The notes: generated by a model from the sequence alone, not told the origin. A stretch of DNA of 64,000 nt from Spirochaetia bacterium (GCA_965198005.1 CBDAOI010000004.1:1344001-1408000); one strand, 5' to 3'. Shown: positions 1 to 10,411, counted from the stretch's first letter. Numbers and translations are program-made.

Positions 1-125
1 CGCCGTGGCTGGCTATCTGGCCCGGTCTTTGCCTGACGATTACCGTCTACAGTCTGAACATGTTCGGCGACGCCGTGCGGGACCTGCTGGATCCAAGGCT
101 CAGGGGCGGCGCGCCATTGATCTGA
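1..125 (+). CDS. C-terminus of DppC/OppC-type ABC permease (partial, window edge)
   Basis: Frame 3 reads PWLAIWPGLCLTITVYSLNMFGDAVRDLLDPRLRGGAPLI*, matching the ends of the other permease paralogs here. Confidence 0.85.
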   Translation, partial: PWLAIWPGLCLTITVYSLNMFGDAVRDLLDPRLRGGAPLI

Positions 126-282
126 CGAAGGCGGGATGCCCGGTCGGCGACCCGGGGGCGGCGCGCACTCAATTGAGCATCGCTCGTTGGCCTTGATCCG
201 GTGCTTGGCGCGACGGGGACCACCACGCAGCCCGCGCTGCCTTGGAGAACCTGAAACACACCGGGCGCTGGCTGGACCTGCG

Positions 283-1944
283 TCAGAAGCCGACCGCGTA
301 ACCGTCTCTGCGCGGATCCGAGCCGCCCAGCAGGGCGCCGGTGGCGGGATCGAGGCGGATGAACTGGGCGTTCCCGAGCGTATCCCAGGGGCCGACGGTC
401 CGGATGCGGTGCCCCTTGCGCTGCAGGGCGGCGCGCACCGCCGGCGGGAAGCGCGTCTCCAGTTCCAGCCGGTCCTCGCAGGTGTGGGGGACGGTGGACT
501 CCATCGGATTCTGCCAACTGCGCCAGCGCGGCGCCTCGACCGCCTCCTGCGGGGTCATCCCGAAGTGGATGGCGCTGGTGAGGAGTTGGAGGTTGGTCTG
601 GACCTGCGTGTCCGCCCCCGGCGTGCCGCAGACGATGACCGGGCGGCCGGCGCGCGTGACGATGACCGGGTTCATCGTGTGGCGGACCCGCTTGCCGGGC
701 GCCAGCGCGTTGGGGTGGCCGGGCTCGAGATGCCAGAAGGTCATGCGGTTGTTGAGCAGAATGCCGGTGTTGCGGGGGATCAGGCAGGAGCCGAACGCGG
801 TCTGGATGCTCTGCAGCAGGCACACGGCGTTGCCCGCGCCGTCGGCGGTGCACAGGCAGGTGGTGTCGCCCGGCTGGTCGGCGCGGAGCGGGGCGCCGGG
901 ACCGACGCCGGGGGTGGTGCGCGCCAGGTCGATCGCGGCCGCCCGCTGGCGGGCGTAGGCCTTGGACAGCAGGCGGTCGAGCGGCACGTCGACCCAGTCG
1001 GGATCCGCCACGTACCGTTCGCGGTCGGCGAAGGCGAGCCGAATCGCCTCGACCATGAGGTGGATGCTGTCGGCCGACAGGCAGCCCATGCCGGCGAGGT
1101 CGAACCGTTCGACCAGGTTGAGCGCCTGCAGCAGGACGTGGCCGCTCGAATTGGGCGGCATCTCGTACACCCGATGGCCGTGGTAGTCCACCTGGATCGG
1201 CTCGTCCCAGCGGGCGTGGTAGGCGGCGAGGTCGTCCTCGTCCAGCACGCCGCCGTGCGCGCGGCTGGCCTCCCCGATCCGACGCGCGATGGCGCCTTCG
1301 TAGAACCCCGCGCGCCCCTGCTCGGCGATCCGGCGCAGCGTCGTGCCCAGGTCGCGCTGCACCAGCAGTTCACCCGCGCGCAGCGGGCGCCCGCGCGGCG
1401 CGAACACCGCCCGGGCCGCGGCATCCGTCGCCAGCGACTCGTGCCCGGTCTCCAGAGCCGTGGCCAGCGTGTGAGTCACCGGGAAGCCGCGCTCGCACAG
1501 GTCGACCGCGGGGGCGAGCACCTGGGCAAGGTCCAGCGTGCCGAACCGGCGCTGCGCCAGCAGCCAGCCGTCGACCAGGCCCGGCACCGAGACGCTCAGC
1601 ATGCCGCGCATCGGAATGCCGCCGCGCGCCAGGTAGCGCTCGCGGGTCGCGCGTGCCGGCGCCGGCCCGGTGGCGTTGACGCCGTACGGCCGCCGGGTGG
1701 CGGCGTCGAAGATCAGGATGAAGCCGTCGCCGCCGACGCCCGACATCGCCGGCTCGACCACGCCCACCGCCGCCGCCGCGGCAATCGCCGCGTCGATCGC
1801 GTTGCCGCCCGCCTGCATGATGCGCACGCCGGCCTGGGAAGCGAGCGGATGAGCGGACGCCACCATGCCGTTGAGGCCGGCTACCGACGGCCGGTAGGCC
1901 GGATAGTTGATGCCGTGCGGGCCGCGCGGGGTCGGGAAACTCAC
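283..1944 (-). CDS. ggt: Gamma-glutamyltransferase family protein
   Basis: MVASAHPLAS..GGNAIDAA, SVSVPG, catalytic 'DTTCL' Thr, GTPGAD, GGSDPRRDG; GTG start at 1944 with upstream GAAGGAG. Confidence 0.9.
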   Translation of the reverse strand: MSFPTPRGPHGINYPAYRPSVAGLNGMVASAHPLASQAGVRIMQAGGNAIDAAIAAAAAVGVVEPAMSGVGGDGFILIFDAATRRPYGVNATGPAPARATRERYLARGGIPMRGMLSVSVPGLVDGWLLAQRRFGTLDLAQVLAPAVDLCERGFPVTHTLATALETGHESLATDAAARAVFAPRGRPLRAGELLVQRDLGTTLRRIAEQGRAGFYEGAIARRIGEASRAHGGVLDEDDLAAYHARWDEPIQVDYHGHRVYEMPPNSSGHVLLQALNLVERFDLAGMGCLSADSIHLMVEAIRLAFADRERYVADPDWVDVPLDRLLSKAYARQRAAAIDLARTTPGVGPGAPLRADQPGDTTCLCTADGAGNAVCLLQSIQTAFGSCLIPRNTGILLNNRMTFWHLEPGHPNALAPGKRVRHTMNPVIVTRAGRPVIVCGTPGADTQVQTNLQLLTSAIHFGMTPQEAVEAPRWRSWQNPMESTVPHTCEDRLELETRFPPAVRAALQRKGHRIRTVGPWDTLGNAQFIRLDPATGALLGGSDPRRDGYAVGF

Positions 1945-2257
1945 GCCGGGCCGGTCGCTCCTTCGATCAACCACAGCCCGTCGGCGGCTGCCTGCAGCCC
2001 GTTGGGTTGCGGCCCCGGCGCCCTGAATCTCTGGTCCACGGTCGCCGTAAACAGCAACCCATTGGCAGTGCTCATGGAACGCTGTGTCCTCCTTGGCGCG
2101 GACTATACGGGCTGCGCCATCGGCGGTCAATCGGTTGGGCTTCAGTCGGCGGCCTCAAACAGCCGCCCGAATGCCTCCGGATCAGGCACCTGGATCGCCG
2201 CACGATGCAACTGCCTGAGGCGCCTTCGCGTCGCCGTGACGCCGTGGTGTTTGTGGG

Positions 2258-2286
2258 TAGACGAATACATGGTACTCGTGTATCGT
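2258..2286 (+). promoter_or_regulatory. Putative sigma70 promoter of higBA
   Basis: TAGACG-17 bp-TATCGT just upstream of higB. Confidence 0.45.
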
Positions 2287-2302
2287 GTAACCGGTCAGGC
2301 AA

Positions 2303-2593
2303 ATGATACAGTCCTTTGCCGATGAGACGACCGCGGATCTGTTTCGTGAGCGCAACATGCGTCAATCGAGACGGATTCCACGAGATGTCTGGCGCGCCGC
2401 GCAACGGAAGCTGAAGGCCTTGGACGTGGCGGCCGGGCTCGACGACCTGCGGATTCCCGCAGGCAATCGACTGGAACGGTTGCGCGGTGCGCAGTCCGAA
2501 CTGCACAGCATGAGAGTGAACGATCAGTACCGCCTGACGTTTCGATGGGAGGATGGCCATGCCTACGAGGTCTGCGTCGAAGACTATCACTAG
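2303..2593 (+). CDS. higB: HigB-type (RelE/ParE superfamily) toxin
   Basis: MIQSFAD..DLRIPAGNRLERLRG..HSMRVNDQYRLTFRW..EDYH, typical of the plasmid-maintenance killer family. Confidence 0.9.
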   Translation: MIQSFADETTADLFRERNMRQSRRIPRDVWRAAQRKLKALDVAAGLDDLRIPAGNRLERLRGAQSELHSMRVNDQYRLTFRWEDGHAYEVCVEDYH

Positions 2594-2915
2594 AGACCCG
2601 AGTTGGCTCGGGCCGGCGGTTTCTCCGGGCGAGATGTTGCTCGAGGAGTTCATCAAGCCACTCGGTCTGCGTCAGAAGGATGCGGCGCGGCAGCTTGGGA
2701 TTTCGTTGAATCGGCTGAACGAAGTGGTGCGCGGCCGGCGGCGCATCACCGCGGACACGGCGATAAGATTGTCGAGCCTGTTGCAAACCTCTCCGCAGTT
2801 CTGGATGCGGCTGCAGGCGGACTGGGACCTGCACGAAGCCCTGGAGCGCCGTCCACGGGGGGCCGCACAGGGCGATCTTACCCACCGCACGCGTGCCCGG
2901 CAGCCACGATGTTAA
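2559..2915 (+). CDS. higA: HigA XRE-HTH antitoxin
   Basis: PGEMLLEEFIKPLGL..RRRITADTAIRL..SPQFWMRLQADWDL; GGAGG SD before ATG 2559; overlaps higB. Confidence 0.9.
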   Translation: MPTRSASKTITRDPSWLGPAVSPGEMLLEEFIKPLGLRQKDAARQLGISLNRLNEVVRGRRRITADTAIRLSSLLQTSPQFWMRLQADWDLHEALERRPRGAAQGDLTHRTRARQPRC

Positions 2916-3036
2916 CGGATATTCACCGGGTCTTTACCGGGACTATCCGGGAGTCTCGGTATTTTCGTCGCATTACGAGTCACGACGTTGAAGCAGCAGC
3001 GAACGCGTGGCCGTCGTAGAGGACGAGGTTGCACCA

Positions 3037-3372
3037 ATGACAATGACCAACACGCTACCACACACCGAAGACTCGACCCGGCATCTGGCGCTCCAGTACC
3101 TGGTGCTGGCGTTCTCGCAGTTACGGATACGGGATGAGGCGCTGCGCTACCTGGAGGACCTGCTGACCTACCTGGTCGCCGATCCGGCGGCCCTCCTGCC
3201 GGAAGGCTGGACCCGCGGCGAGCTGGGGGCCGCGTACATCGACAACCTGAGCCGCTACGGGCAGTGCCGGGAGTTCGATTTCCAGTGGCTGCGGGACGAT
3301 CCGGAGTTCCACGGCACCCTGGAGCGCTACCGAGCCAGGTTGCAGGCAGCCACCCCCGCGCCGTCGGCCTGA
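3037..3372 (+). CDS. Hypothetical protein
   Basis: Host-like codon usage, GAGG before ATG, non-low-complexity sequence. Confidence 0.6.
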   Translation: MTMTNTLPHTEDSTRHLALQYLVLAFSQLRIRDEALRYLEDLLTYLVADPAALLPEGWTRGELGAAYIDNLSRYGQCREFDFQWLRDDPEFHGTLERYRARLQAATPAPSA

Positions 3373-3472
3373 GACCGGTCCGGCCGGGCAGTTGTGTTCG
3401 CGTATACCGGAAGAAGGCAGCCATTTGTGGTATGATTTCGTGCGCGGTTGTTGCGGTGGTGGCGTCAGGTGG

Positions 3473-4159
3473 CTACAAGCCGAGCAGGCGCTGCGGCACC
3501 TGGAACACCGCGATCAGGTAGTAGCCGGCGATCGCGACCATCGCCGCGCCCGCGATGCGGTTGATCGGCGACTTGTACCGGGTCAGGAAGCCGATGATTC
3601 TCCTGCCGAAGGCGGCGCCCGCCACCGCCAGCACCAGCAGCGGCGTGCCGATGCCGAGCGCGAAGATCACCGAGTTGAGCGCGTTGAGGCCGAAGTCGCC
3701 GACCGAGAGCGCCAGTTGCTTGGAGAAGAAGGCGCCGATGAAGCCGGGGTTGCAGGGCAGGATGATGAAGGCGAAGAAGGCGCCGTAGCCGAACGCGGCC
3801 GCCACCGGACGGCTCGTGCTCGGCGCCCGCACCACCGGAAACAGGCGGCTGAAGTCGGCGTCGGCCAGCAGCAGCACGCCGATCACGGCCAGCAGCGCAA
3901 AGGCGATCGGCGAGGCGACGCCGGCCACGCCGGTGAGCGACAGCTCCAGCAGGGTCGAGAACACCAGCCCGATCGCCACCATGCAGGCGACCACGCCGGC
4001 CACCACCGCCAAGCCGAGCAGCAGCGGCGGCCGGCGGTCGCCCTCCTGCCGGCGATTGGACAGGAAGGCGATGAAGCCGGGGTACAGCGGCAGCACGCAC
4101 ACCGCGGTCAGCGGCGTGGCGAGTCCGAGCAGATAGCTGGCGGCGAGGTTGGCGAGCAC
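3473..4159 (-). CDS. CcdA/DsbD-family cytochrome c biogenesis membrane protein
   Basis: Multiple TM helices; 'CVLPLYP' and 'ILPCNP' Cys motifs; adjacent to a thioredoxin-like gene. Confidence 0.8.
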   Translation of the reverse strand: MLANLAASYLLGLATPLTAVCVLPLYPGFIAFLSNRRQEGDRRPPLLLGLAVVAGVVACMVAIGLVFSTLLELSLTGVAGVASPIAFALLAVIGVLLLADADFSRLFPVVRAPSTSRPVAAAFGYGAFFAFIILPCNPGFIGAFFSKQLALSVGDFGLNALNSVIFALGIGTPLLVLAVAGAAFGRRIIGFLTRYKSPINRIAGAAMVAIAGYYLIAVFQVPQRLLGL

Positions 4160-4684
4160 CTACGCTGCCGGCGCCGCGCAGGCGGCGGCCTGCTCCTGCA
4201 GGAAGTCCGCGCGCTTCACGCCGCGCCGCAACATCTCCCGGACGCTCTGGTCGGGGCAGATCAGCACTATCGGGGCCGACGGCGCGTTCAGAATGCCGAC
4301 GCCGAACTCCCCTTTCAGGGCGCGGATCAGCTCCACCGGAGCCACCGCGTAGCGCCAGTCGAACCCGTGGCGCTCGAGGTGGGCGGCGACCTTGGCGTGG
4401 TCTTCGTTGGGGTCGGTGTTGAGCGCGATCGACACCACCTCGTCGCCGACCTGCTCGTGCAGGGCGCGCACCTGCTTCTGTTGGCTGGTACAGATCGGGC
4501 ACCAGACCGCAAAGCTCTCCAGCAGCACCGGCGTGCCCGCGAACTCGGCGATCGTAAACGACTCACCGGTGCGCACGTCGGTGAGCTCGGTGGCCAGCCA
4601 CTCGGCGGCCGGCTCCTCGTCGGTGGCCCCGGCGGTCGCGGCCAGGGCCAGCATCAGGCAGATCAGGAGGAATGTGGATCGCAT
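4160..4684 (-). CDS. Exported TlpA/thioredoxin-like redoxin
   Basis: Signal peptide; FAVWCPIC CxxC motif. Confidence 0.85.
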   Translation of the reverse strand: MRSTFLLICLMLALAATAGATDEEPAAEWLATELTDVRTGESFTIAEFAGTPVLLESFAVWCPICTSQQKQVRALHEQVGDEVVSIALNTDPNEDHAKVAAHLERHGFDWRYAVAPVELIRALKGEFGVGILNAPSAPIVLICPDQSVREMLRRGVKRADFLQEQAAACAAPAA

Positions 4685-4917
4685 GTCGTCGTACCTCGTA
4701 TCGGTTTGACCACTCCGCGCGGCGAAGTCTTACGTACCGGGCTGGCGGTAACGGACTCGGATCCGGCCGGCGCTCCGGCGCCGCCCCCGGCGCCCGGGGC
4801 TTGACGCTGCCGGGCTGTTTGGTGATGCTCTGCTCACGTGGCCCGCTACGGCGGGTCCCTCCGGAATCAATCAATCACTTGCGATGCGATCCCGTTGACG
4901 GCATGGAGAACTATGAC

Positions 4918-5646
4918 ATGAGTATGCGCGCGCACTACCTGCAACACGTTCCGTTCGAGGGTCTGGGAAGTATCGAGTCCTGGCTGCAACGCGCCGGCTA
5001 CGACGTGACCGGGACCATGTTCCACGTCTCGGACGCGCTGCCGGCGCCGGCCGAGGTGGACCTGCTGGTGGCGATGGGCGGTCCGATGAGCGTCAACGAC
5101 GAGCAGCAGTATCCCTGGCTGGCGGCGGAGAAGCAGTTCATCCGCGCGGTGATCGAGCTGGAGCGACCGGTGCTCGGGGTGTGCCTCGGCGCACAACTGA
5201 TTGCGAGCGCGTGCGGGGCGGCGGTGTACCCCAACCCGGTCAAGGAGATCGGCTGGTTACCGATCCAGGGCGTGGTCCCCGAGGCCGGTGACGATGAAGG
5301 CGAGGAGCAGCCCGCTACGTTCCGGTTTCCGCCGTTTCTGGAGGTGTTCCACTGGCACGGGGAGACCTTCGAGCTGCCGGACGGAGCGGTCCGCCTGGCG
5401 CGCAGCAACGGCGCGCTGAACCAGGCGTTCCAGCTCGGCCGGTCGGTGATCGGCCTGCAGTTTCACCTTGACACCACCGCCGACAGCGCCCGCAAGCTGG
5501 TCGAGAACTGCCGCGCGGAGCTGGTGCCGTCGATGTACGTGCAGTCCGAGAAGGGCATTCTCGCCGCCGCCCCGGCAAAGTACCGGGCGCTCAACGGCTG
5601 GATGGACCAAGTGCTGGCGTTCATCACCGGCGTCGAGCCCCGGTAG
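4918..5646 (+). CDS. Type 1 glutamine amidotransferase (GMP-synthase-like GATase)
   Basis: LQHVPFEGLG, MGGPMSVND, GVCLGAQL, HWHGETF, GLQFHL. Confidence 0.9.
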   Translation: MSMRAHYLQHVPFEGLGSIESWLQRAGYDVTGTMFHVSDALPAPAEVDLLVAMGGPMSVNDEQQYPWLAAEKQFIRAVIELERPVLGVCLGAQLIASACGAAVYPNPVKEIGWLPIQGVVPEAGDDEGEEQPATFRFPPFLEVFHWHGETFELPDGAVRLARSNGALNQAFQLGRSVIGLQFHLDTTADSARKLVENCRAELVPSMYVQSEKGILAAAPAKYRALNGWMDQVLAFITGVEPR

Positions 5647-5678
5647 CCGGTCGCCCTCAAGCGCCGGTCAGACGCCGT

Positions 5679-6581
5679 TCAGGCGCCGCCGGCCGGCGGT
5701 GCGTCCTCCTCCAGCCGGCGGGCCAGGGTGAGCGTGCGTTGCGCCCGCCGCACCACCGGCAGGTCGATCATGTGTCCGTCCCGCGCCACGGCGCCGCGTC
5801 CCGCGGCCTGCGCCGCGTCGTAGGCGTCCACCACGGCGCGCGCTTCCGCCACCGCGGCCGGCGCCGGCGTGAACACCTCGTTGCACGGGGCGACCTGGAG
5901 CGGATGCACGCACAGCTTGCCCTGAAACCCGAGCCGGCGCGCCGCCAGCGCCTCCGCGCGCACGCGGTCCGGCGCGCGCAGGTGGGTGCTGGGCGAGTCG
6001 AGCGGCGGCTCCAGGCCGGCGGCGGCCGCGGCCACCGTCAACCGCACGCGCGGGTACAGCAGCTCCGGCTCGACGCCGGTGGCCTCGGTTCCCACTTCCA
6101 CGCCGTAGTCCAGCGCCCCGAACGCCGCCACGCAGTCGCGCCCGAGGCCGGCGGCCGCCTCCAGCAGCGCGTCCGCGTCGCGCACGCCGCGGGCGGTCTC
6201 GAGCAGCACCACCAGATAGGTGGAGCCCGCGGCCAGGTGCGCCGCCGCTTCCCGCCGCTCCAGCTCGCCGGCCAGATTCCGCAGCTCGGCCACGCGCTCC
6301 AGCTTCGGCACCATGAGACCGCCCACCGCGGCCAGCGGCACGGCCGCGAGGTCGGCGGCATGGTCGGGATCGCCGATCGGGTTGACCCGCACCAGCAGCC
6401 GGGCGCGCGGGACCTCCGGGAGGGCCGGCGCGATCATCTGGCGCGCCGCGGCGCGCTGGTCCGCCGGCACCGAGTCCTCCAGGTCGATGATCACCTTGTC
6501 CGCCCCGGCGGCCGCCGCCTTGGCGTACCGATCGGGCCGGTTGGCGGGCACGAACAGCAGCGACCGTGCCGGCAGCACCAT
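5679..6581 (-). CDS. CitE/HpcH-HpaI family CoA-ester lyase
   Basis: RSLLFVPANRP, IIDLEDSV, LLETARG, GFQGKLCVHP, MIDLPV. Confidence 0.9.
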   Translation of the reverse strand: MVLPARSLLFVPANRPDRYAKAAAAGADKVIIDLEDSVPADQRAAARQMIAPALPEVPRARLLVRVNPIGDPDHAADLAAVPLAAVGGLMVPKLERVAELRNLAGELERREAAAHLAAGSTYLVVLLETARGVRDADALLEAAAGLGRDCVAAFGALDYGVEVGTEATGVEPELLYPRVRLTVAAAAAGLEPPLDSPSTHLRAPDRVRAEALAARRLGFQGKLCVHPLQVAPCNEVFTPAPAAVAEARAVVDAYDAAQAAGRGAVARDGHMIDLPVVRRAQRTLTLARRLEEDAPPAGGA

Positions 6582-6584
6582 CGG

Positions 6585-7910
6585 TCAGCCCGAAGCGCCG
6601 GCGGCGGGGGCCGCACCGGATGCGGCCGCGGCGCCGCCCGCCGCCGCGCCCTCGCGGGCCGGCGCGCGCCAGCCCCGGGCGGCGCTGAACGCGCCGGTCG
6701 CCAGCAGCTCGGCGATCCGCGCGTCGTCGTAGCCCAGAACCTCGGCCAGCACTTCGCGGGTGTGCTGCCCGAGCCGCGGCGGCGCGGTGAACGCGTCGGG
6801 GCCGGCCGCGGACAGCTTGATCGGGTTGCCGGGCGCCCGGTAGGTGCCGCCGCCGGGCAGCGGCATCTCCGCTACCATGTGGCGCGCCGCCACCTGCGGG
6901 TCGGCCAGCGCCTCCTCCAGCGTGTTGACCGGCGCGAACGGCAGCCGCTCCGCGGCCAGCACCTCCATCCATTGTTCGCGCGGCCGGGTGGCGAGGATGG
7001 CGCTCATGGCCGCATTGATCGCCGCCCGCGCGCGGGTGCGGTTGAGCCGTTCCCGCAGCCGGGCGTCGGCGAGCGCCTCCAGGTACGCGCGCACCTCAGG
7101 CGGATGGTCGAGGGTCCCCAGCGCGCGCAGCAGGCCGCTCCACTGCGCGTCGGTCACCACCGTCACGAACAGCGGGCCGCTGGCGGTGCGGTACGCGTTG
7201 TACGGCACGTGCAGCTCATGCTCGTTGCCGAGCCGCCGCGTCGGCCGCCCGGAGGCCAGATGCATGGTGCAGAAGTAGTTCTGCATCGAGAGCTGCACGT
7301 CGAGCATCGACAGGTCGACGTGCTGGCCGCGGCCGGTGCGCTCGCGGCCGATCACCGCGGCCAGAATCCCCAGCGCGCCGGCCATTCCCGCGCACATGTC
7401 CCCGTACGCCGGCCCCGGGCGCACCGGCATCCCGCGCGGCTCTCCGGTTACGCTCATGATGCCCGCGTAGGCCTGAATGTTGGCATCGAACGCGGCCCGA
7501 TCCTTGCCCGGACCGGTCAGTCCGTAGCCGGTGATGGAGCACACGATGACGCGCGGGTTGAGGGCGGCGAGCGCCGGGTAGTCGATGCCCAGCCGCCCGG
7601 TCACGCCGGGGCGATAGTTCTCCATCACCACGTCGGCCCAACGCACCAGGTCGGCGAACGCCGCCTTGCCGGCGGGATGCTTCAGGTCGATCACGATACT
7701 GCGCTTGTTGCGCTGGTTGGTGAGGATATGCGGCGCCAGTCCGTCGGGATTGTGCCGCGGCTCGTCGGTGACCAGGGCGCGGGCCGCATCGCCGGACGGC
7801 GGCTCGACCTTGATCACGTCGGCCCCAAGGTCGGCCAGCAGCGCGGTGGAGTAGGGGCCGGCCAGGACCGTGGACAGGTCGATCAGGCGCAGCCCGGCCA
7901 GCGGTTTCAA
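6585..7910 (-). CDS. CaiB/BaiF family (class III) CoA-transferase
   Basis: PLAGLRLIDLS..LADLGADVIKVEPP..RNKRSI..ENYRPG; TTG start overlaps the MaoC stop (TTGA). Confidence 0.9.
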   Translation of the reverse strand: MKPLAGLRLIDLSTVLAGPYSTALLADLGADVIKVEPPSGDAARALVTDEPRHNPDGLAPHILTNQRNKRSIVIDLKHPAGKAAFADLVRWADVVMENYRPGVTGRLGIDYPALAALNPRVIVCSITGYGLTGPGKDRAAFDANIQAYAGIMSVTGEPRGMPVRPGPAYGDMCAGMAGALGILAAVIGRERTGRGQHVDLSMLDVQLSMQNYFCTMHLASGRPTRRLGNEHELHVPYNAYRTASGPLFVTVVTDAQWSGLLRALGTLDHPPEVRAYLEALADARLRERLNRTRARAAINAAMSAILATRPREQWMEVLAAERLPFAPVNTLEEALADPQVAARHMVAEMPLPGGGTYRAPGNPIKLSAAGPDAFTAPPRLGQHTREVLAEVLGYDDARIAELLATGAFSAARGWRAPAREGAAAGGAAAASGAAPAAGASG

Positions 7911-8458
7911 GATGACGGCGTCAGTGCTGTTTTCGGTTCCGGAAACGAGGCGGCCTGGGGCGAGGCCCCGCGCCTGTAGATCAGCGCGCTGCGGGTGTAG
8001 TCGATCACCACGTCGCCGGTCTGGTTGATGCCGCGCGACCGGAACCGCACGATGCCCGCTTCCGGATAGGACTTCGAGTCCCGCCGCGCGACGATCTCGG
8101 TCTCGCAGTACAGCGTGTCCCCCAGGAACACCGGATTGGGCAGCTTGATCTCCTCCCACCCCAGATTGGCCATGGCGTGCTCGGTGACGTCGTTCACGCT
8201 CATGCCGGTGATCAGCGCGAGGGTGAAGGTGCTGTTGACCAGGATCCGCCCCCAGCGCGAGTTGCCGGCGTAGTGGGCATCGAAGTGCAGCGCGTTGGTG
8301 TTGTGGGTCAGGTGGGTGAACAGCGCGTTGTCGGCCTCGGTCACGGTATGCCCGAACCGGCTGCGGTAGACGTCGCCCACGGCCAGGCCCTCGTAGAACC
8401 GGCCGGTCCAGCCGGGGCTTACCGGTTGTTCTGCATTGCTCATGTCGTTGGTGCTCAT
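7907..8458 (-). CDS. MaoC family (R)-enoyl-CoA hydratase/dehydratase
   Basis: GRFYE..TVTEADN..LHFDAHYA..ANLGWEEIKLPNPVFLGDTLY. Confidence 0.9.
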   Translation of the reverse strand: MSTNDMSNAEQPVSPGWTGRFYEGLAVGDVYRSRFGHTVTEADNALFTHLTHNTNALHFDAHYAGNSRWGRILVNSTFTLALITGMSVNDVTEHAMANLGWEEIKLPNPVFLGDTLYCETEIVARRDSKSYPEAGIVRFRSRGINQTGDVVIDYTRSALIYRRGASPQAASFPEPKTALTPSS

Positions 8459-8656
8459 GTCGATGCGTTCAGTGTATCCGCGCTCGGTCAGGTTGTCAGC
8501 CGGCGGCGTGCAGGCGCTGTTCGGCGCCGGCCGCGGCGGCTGATTCACCAGGCACCTCAGGCCCTCAGGCGCTGGTCTACCGGCGCCGGTACGTGGTACG
8601 TGTTTACCCGCCGTGTGCTCCGCGCGAGCGAGACGGGCACGGCGCAGGAGAATTTG

Positions 8657-10405
8657 ATGCAACCCAGCGCAACGCGCCCCACCACCCGCCCGTTCACCGG
8701 CAACCCGTCGCAGGTGCTGGTCGAGCAGCTCGCCGCCCTCGGCGTGCGCTACGTGTTCAACAATACCGGCTCCCACGAGGCGCCCTTTTTCGACGCGCTC
8801 TACGGCAACCCCGACATCCACGGCATTCTCGGCCTGCATGAAGGGGTCGTGACCGGCATGGCGGGCGGCTACAGCCAGGTCAACAAGGACCCGGCGGTGA
8901 TGATTCCCCACCTGGACTGCGGCCTCGGACAGTCGCTCGGCCAGATGCTCAACATCTACAACGCCAAGTTGCCGGTGGTCGTCCTGACCTTTGCGGCCGA
9001 CACCGGCAGCGCGGCGGACAAACGGGGGTTCGGCCACCACCTCGACCACAATTTCGGCCCCACCTACCTCACCGCGCCGTTCGTCAAGGCGAGCTGGACG
9101 GTAATCGACACGGACGGGGTCGCGCACGCCGCCTACCGCGCGTTGCTCACCGCCATGACCCCGCCGGTGGGTCCGGTCCACGTCGCCATCCACGAGGACG
9201 GGCTGAGCCGCGAGGCAGGCGACGCGACCATCGCCACCGGCCCCCTGCCGGAGTTGCGCGCCGGGTATCCCGCCGACGCCGACGTGGAGCTGGTGGTGCG
9301 CGCGCTGACCGCGGCACAGCGGCCGCTGCTGTTCGTGGGCGACGGCATCTGGAAGAGCGACGCGGTCGCCCTGCTCGACCGCTTCGCCGAACAGGTCGGC
9401 GCGCGGATCAACGAAAACGACCAGTTTCGGCGCTTCGTGCAGACCAATCATCCGCTCGGCTGCCAGGACCTGCCGGGGCTCGACCCCGACCTGGTGGTGG
9501 CGATCGGGGTCCGCCAGTTCGCGTTTGCCCGGTCGCAGGCGACCTACCGCGCGTTTCCCAACGCGCGGGTGATCGCCATCGGCGCCGACGTCGACAACCT
9601 GACCAACTTCGAGGGGCTCTGGCACGCGATCGTGGCCGACGAGCAGCGGACGCTGCAGCGCCTGCTGGAGGCGGTGGAGCAGTCGCCCGGCGGTGCCGGA
9701 CAGTTCGATGAGCGGCGCCGGGCGGCCCTGGCGGCGGCCGCGGCCGAGCACCGCACCCGGCTCGACGTGTTCCGCAACGAGCGGCCGCAGCCGGACAGCG
9801 TGCGGCCGTGGGTCCTGGCAGACGAGTTGCACGGCGCGCTGGAGAGCATCGGCGGCGGCCTGGTATCGATGGAGAACTTCGCGCTGAAGGGCTGTCTGGC
9901 CGGCCTGCAGCGCGCGGGGCGGACGGTCTACCTGCCGCCGGCCGGCGGCTCGGAGGGATACGGGATGGGGGCCGCGATCGGGGTCAAGCTGGCCGCCCCC
10001 GACCAGCCGGTCATCGGTCTGGTGGGAGACGGCTCGGTGTACTACGGCGACACCGCGTTCTGGACCGCCGCCCACCACCACGTGCCGGTGCTCTACGTGA
10101 TTCCCAACAACGGCGGGTACGGCGTGGTCAGCCAGAACTTCGCCGGACGCCTCGGCGGCGGCGCCATGGACACCGCGGGCGAGTGGGCCGGGGTGGTGCT
10201 GGACAAGATCGATCTGGTCGCCGTGGCGGATGCCTACGGCGTAGAGGGCCGCGAGATCCGCGAAGAACGTGAGCTGCAGGTGGCGCTCGACTACGGCCTG
10301 AAGGTGGTGGAGCAGGAGGGCCGGCCGTTCGTGCTCGACGTGCGGCTGCCGGGGTTCCTGCCGGCCGGCCACCGCCCGGCCGCGCCCTTCCGGTTGCGCG
10401 ACTGA
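8657..10405 (+). CDS. Thiamine-pyrophosphate enzyme (benzoylformate decarboxylase/acetolactate synthase-like)
   Basis: GLHEGVVTGMAGGY and GDGS..NNGGYG TPP motif; AGGAG SD before ATG 8657. Confidence 0.9.
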   Translation: MQPSATRPTTRPFTGNPSQVLVEQLAALGVRYVFNNTGSHEAPFFDALYGNPDIHGILGLHEGVVTGMAGGYSQVNKDPAVMIPHLDCGLGQSLGQMLNIYNAKLPVVVLTFAADTGSAADKRGFGHHLDHNFGPTYLTAPFVKASWTVIDTDGVAHAAYRALLTAMTPPVGPVHVAIHEDGLSREAGDATIATGPLPELRAGYPADADVELVVRALTAAQRPLLFVGDGIWKSDAVALLDRFAEQVGARINENDQFRRFVQTNHPLGCQDLPGLDPDLVVAIGVRQFAFARSQATYRAFPNARVIAIGADVDNLTNFEGLWHAIVADEQRTLQRLLEAVEQSPGGAGQFDERRRAALAAAAAEHRTRLDVFRNERPQPDSVRPWVLADELHGALESIGGGLVSMENFALKGCLAGLQRAGRTVYLPPAGGSEGYGMGAAIGVKLAAPDQPVIGLVGDGSVYYGDTAFWTAAHHHVPVLYVIPNNGGYGVVSQNFAGRLGGGAMDTAGEWAGVVLDKIDLVAVADAYGVEGREIREERELQVALDYGLKVVEQEGRPFVLDVRLPGFLPAGHRPAAPFRLRD

Positions 10406-10411
10406 CCGCGG

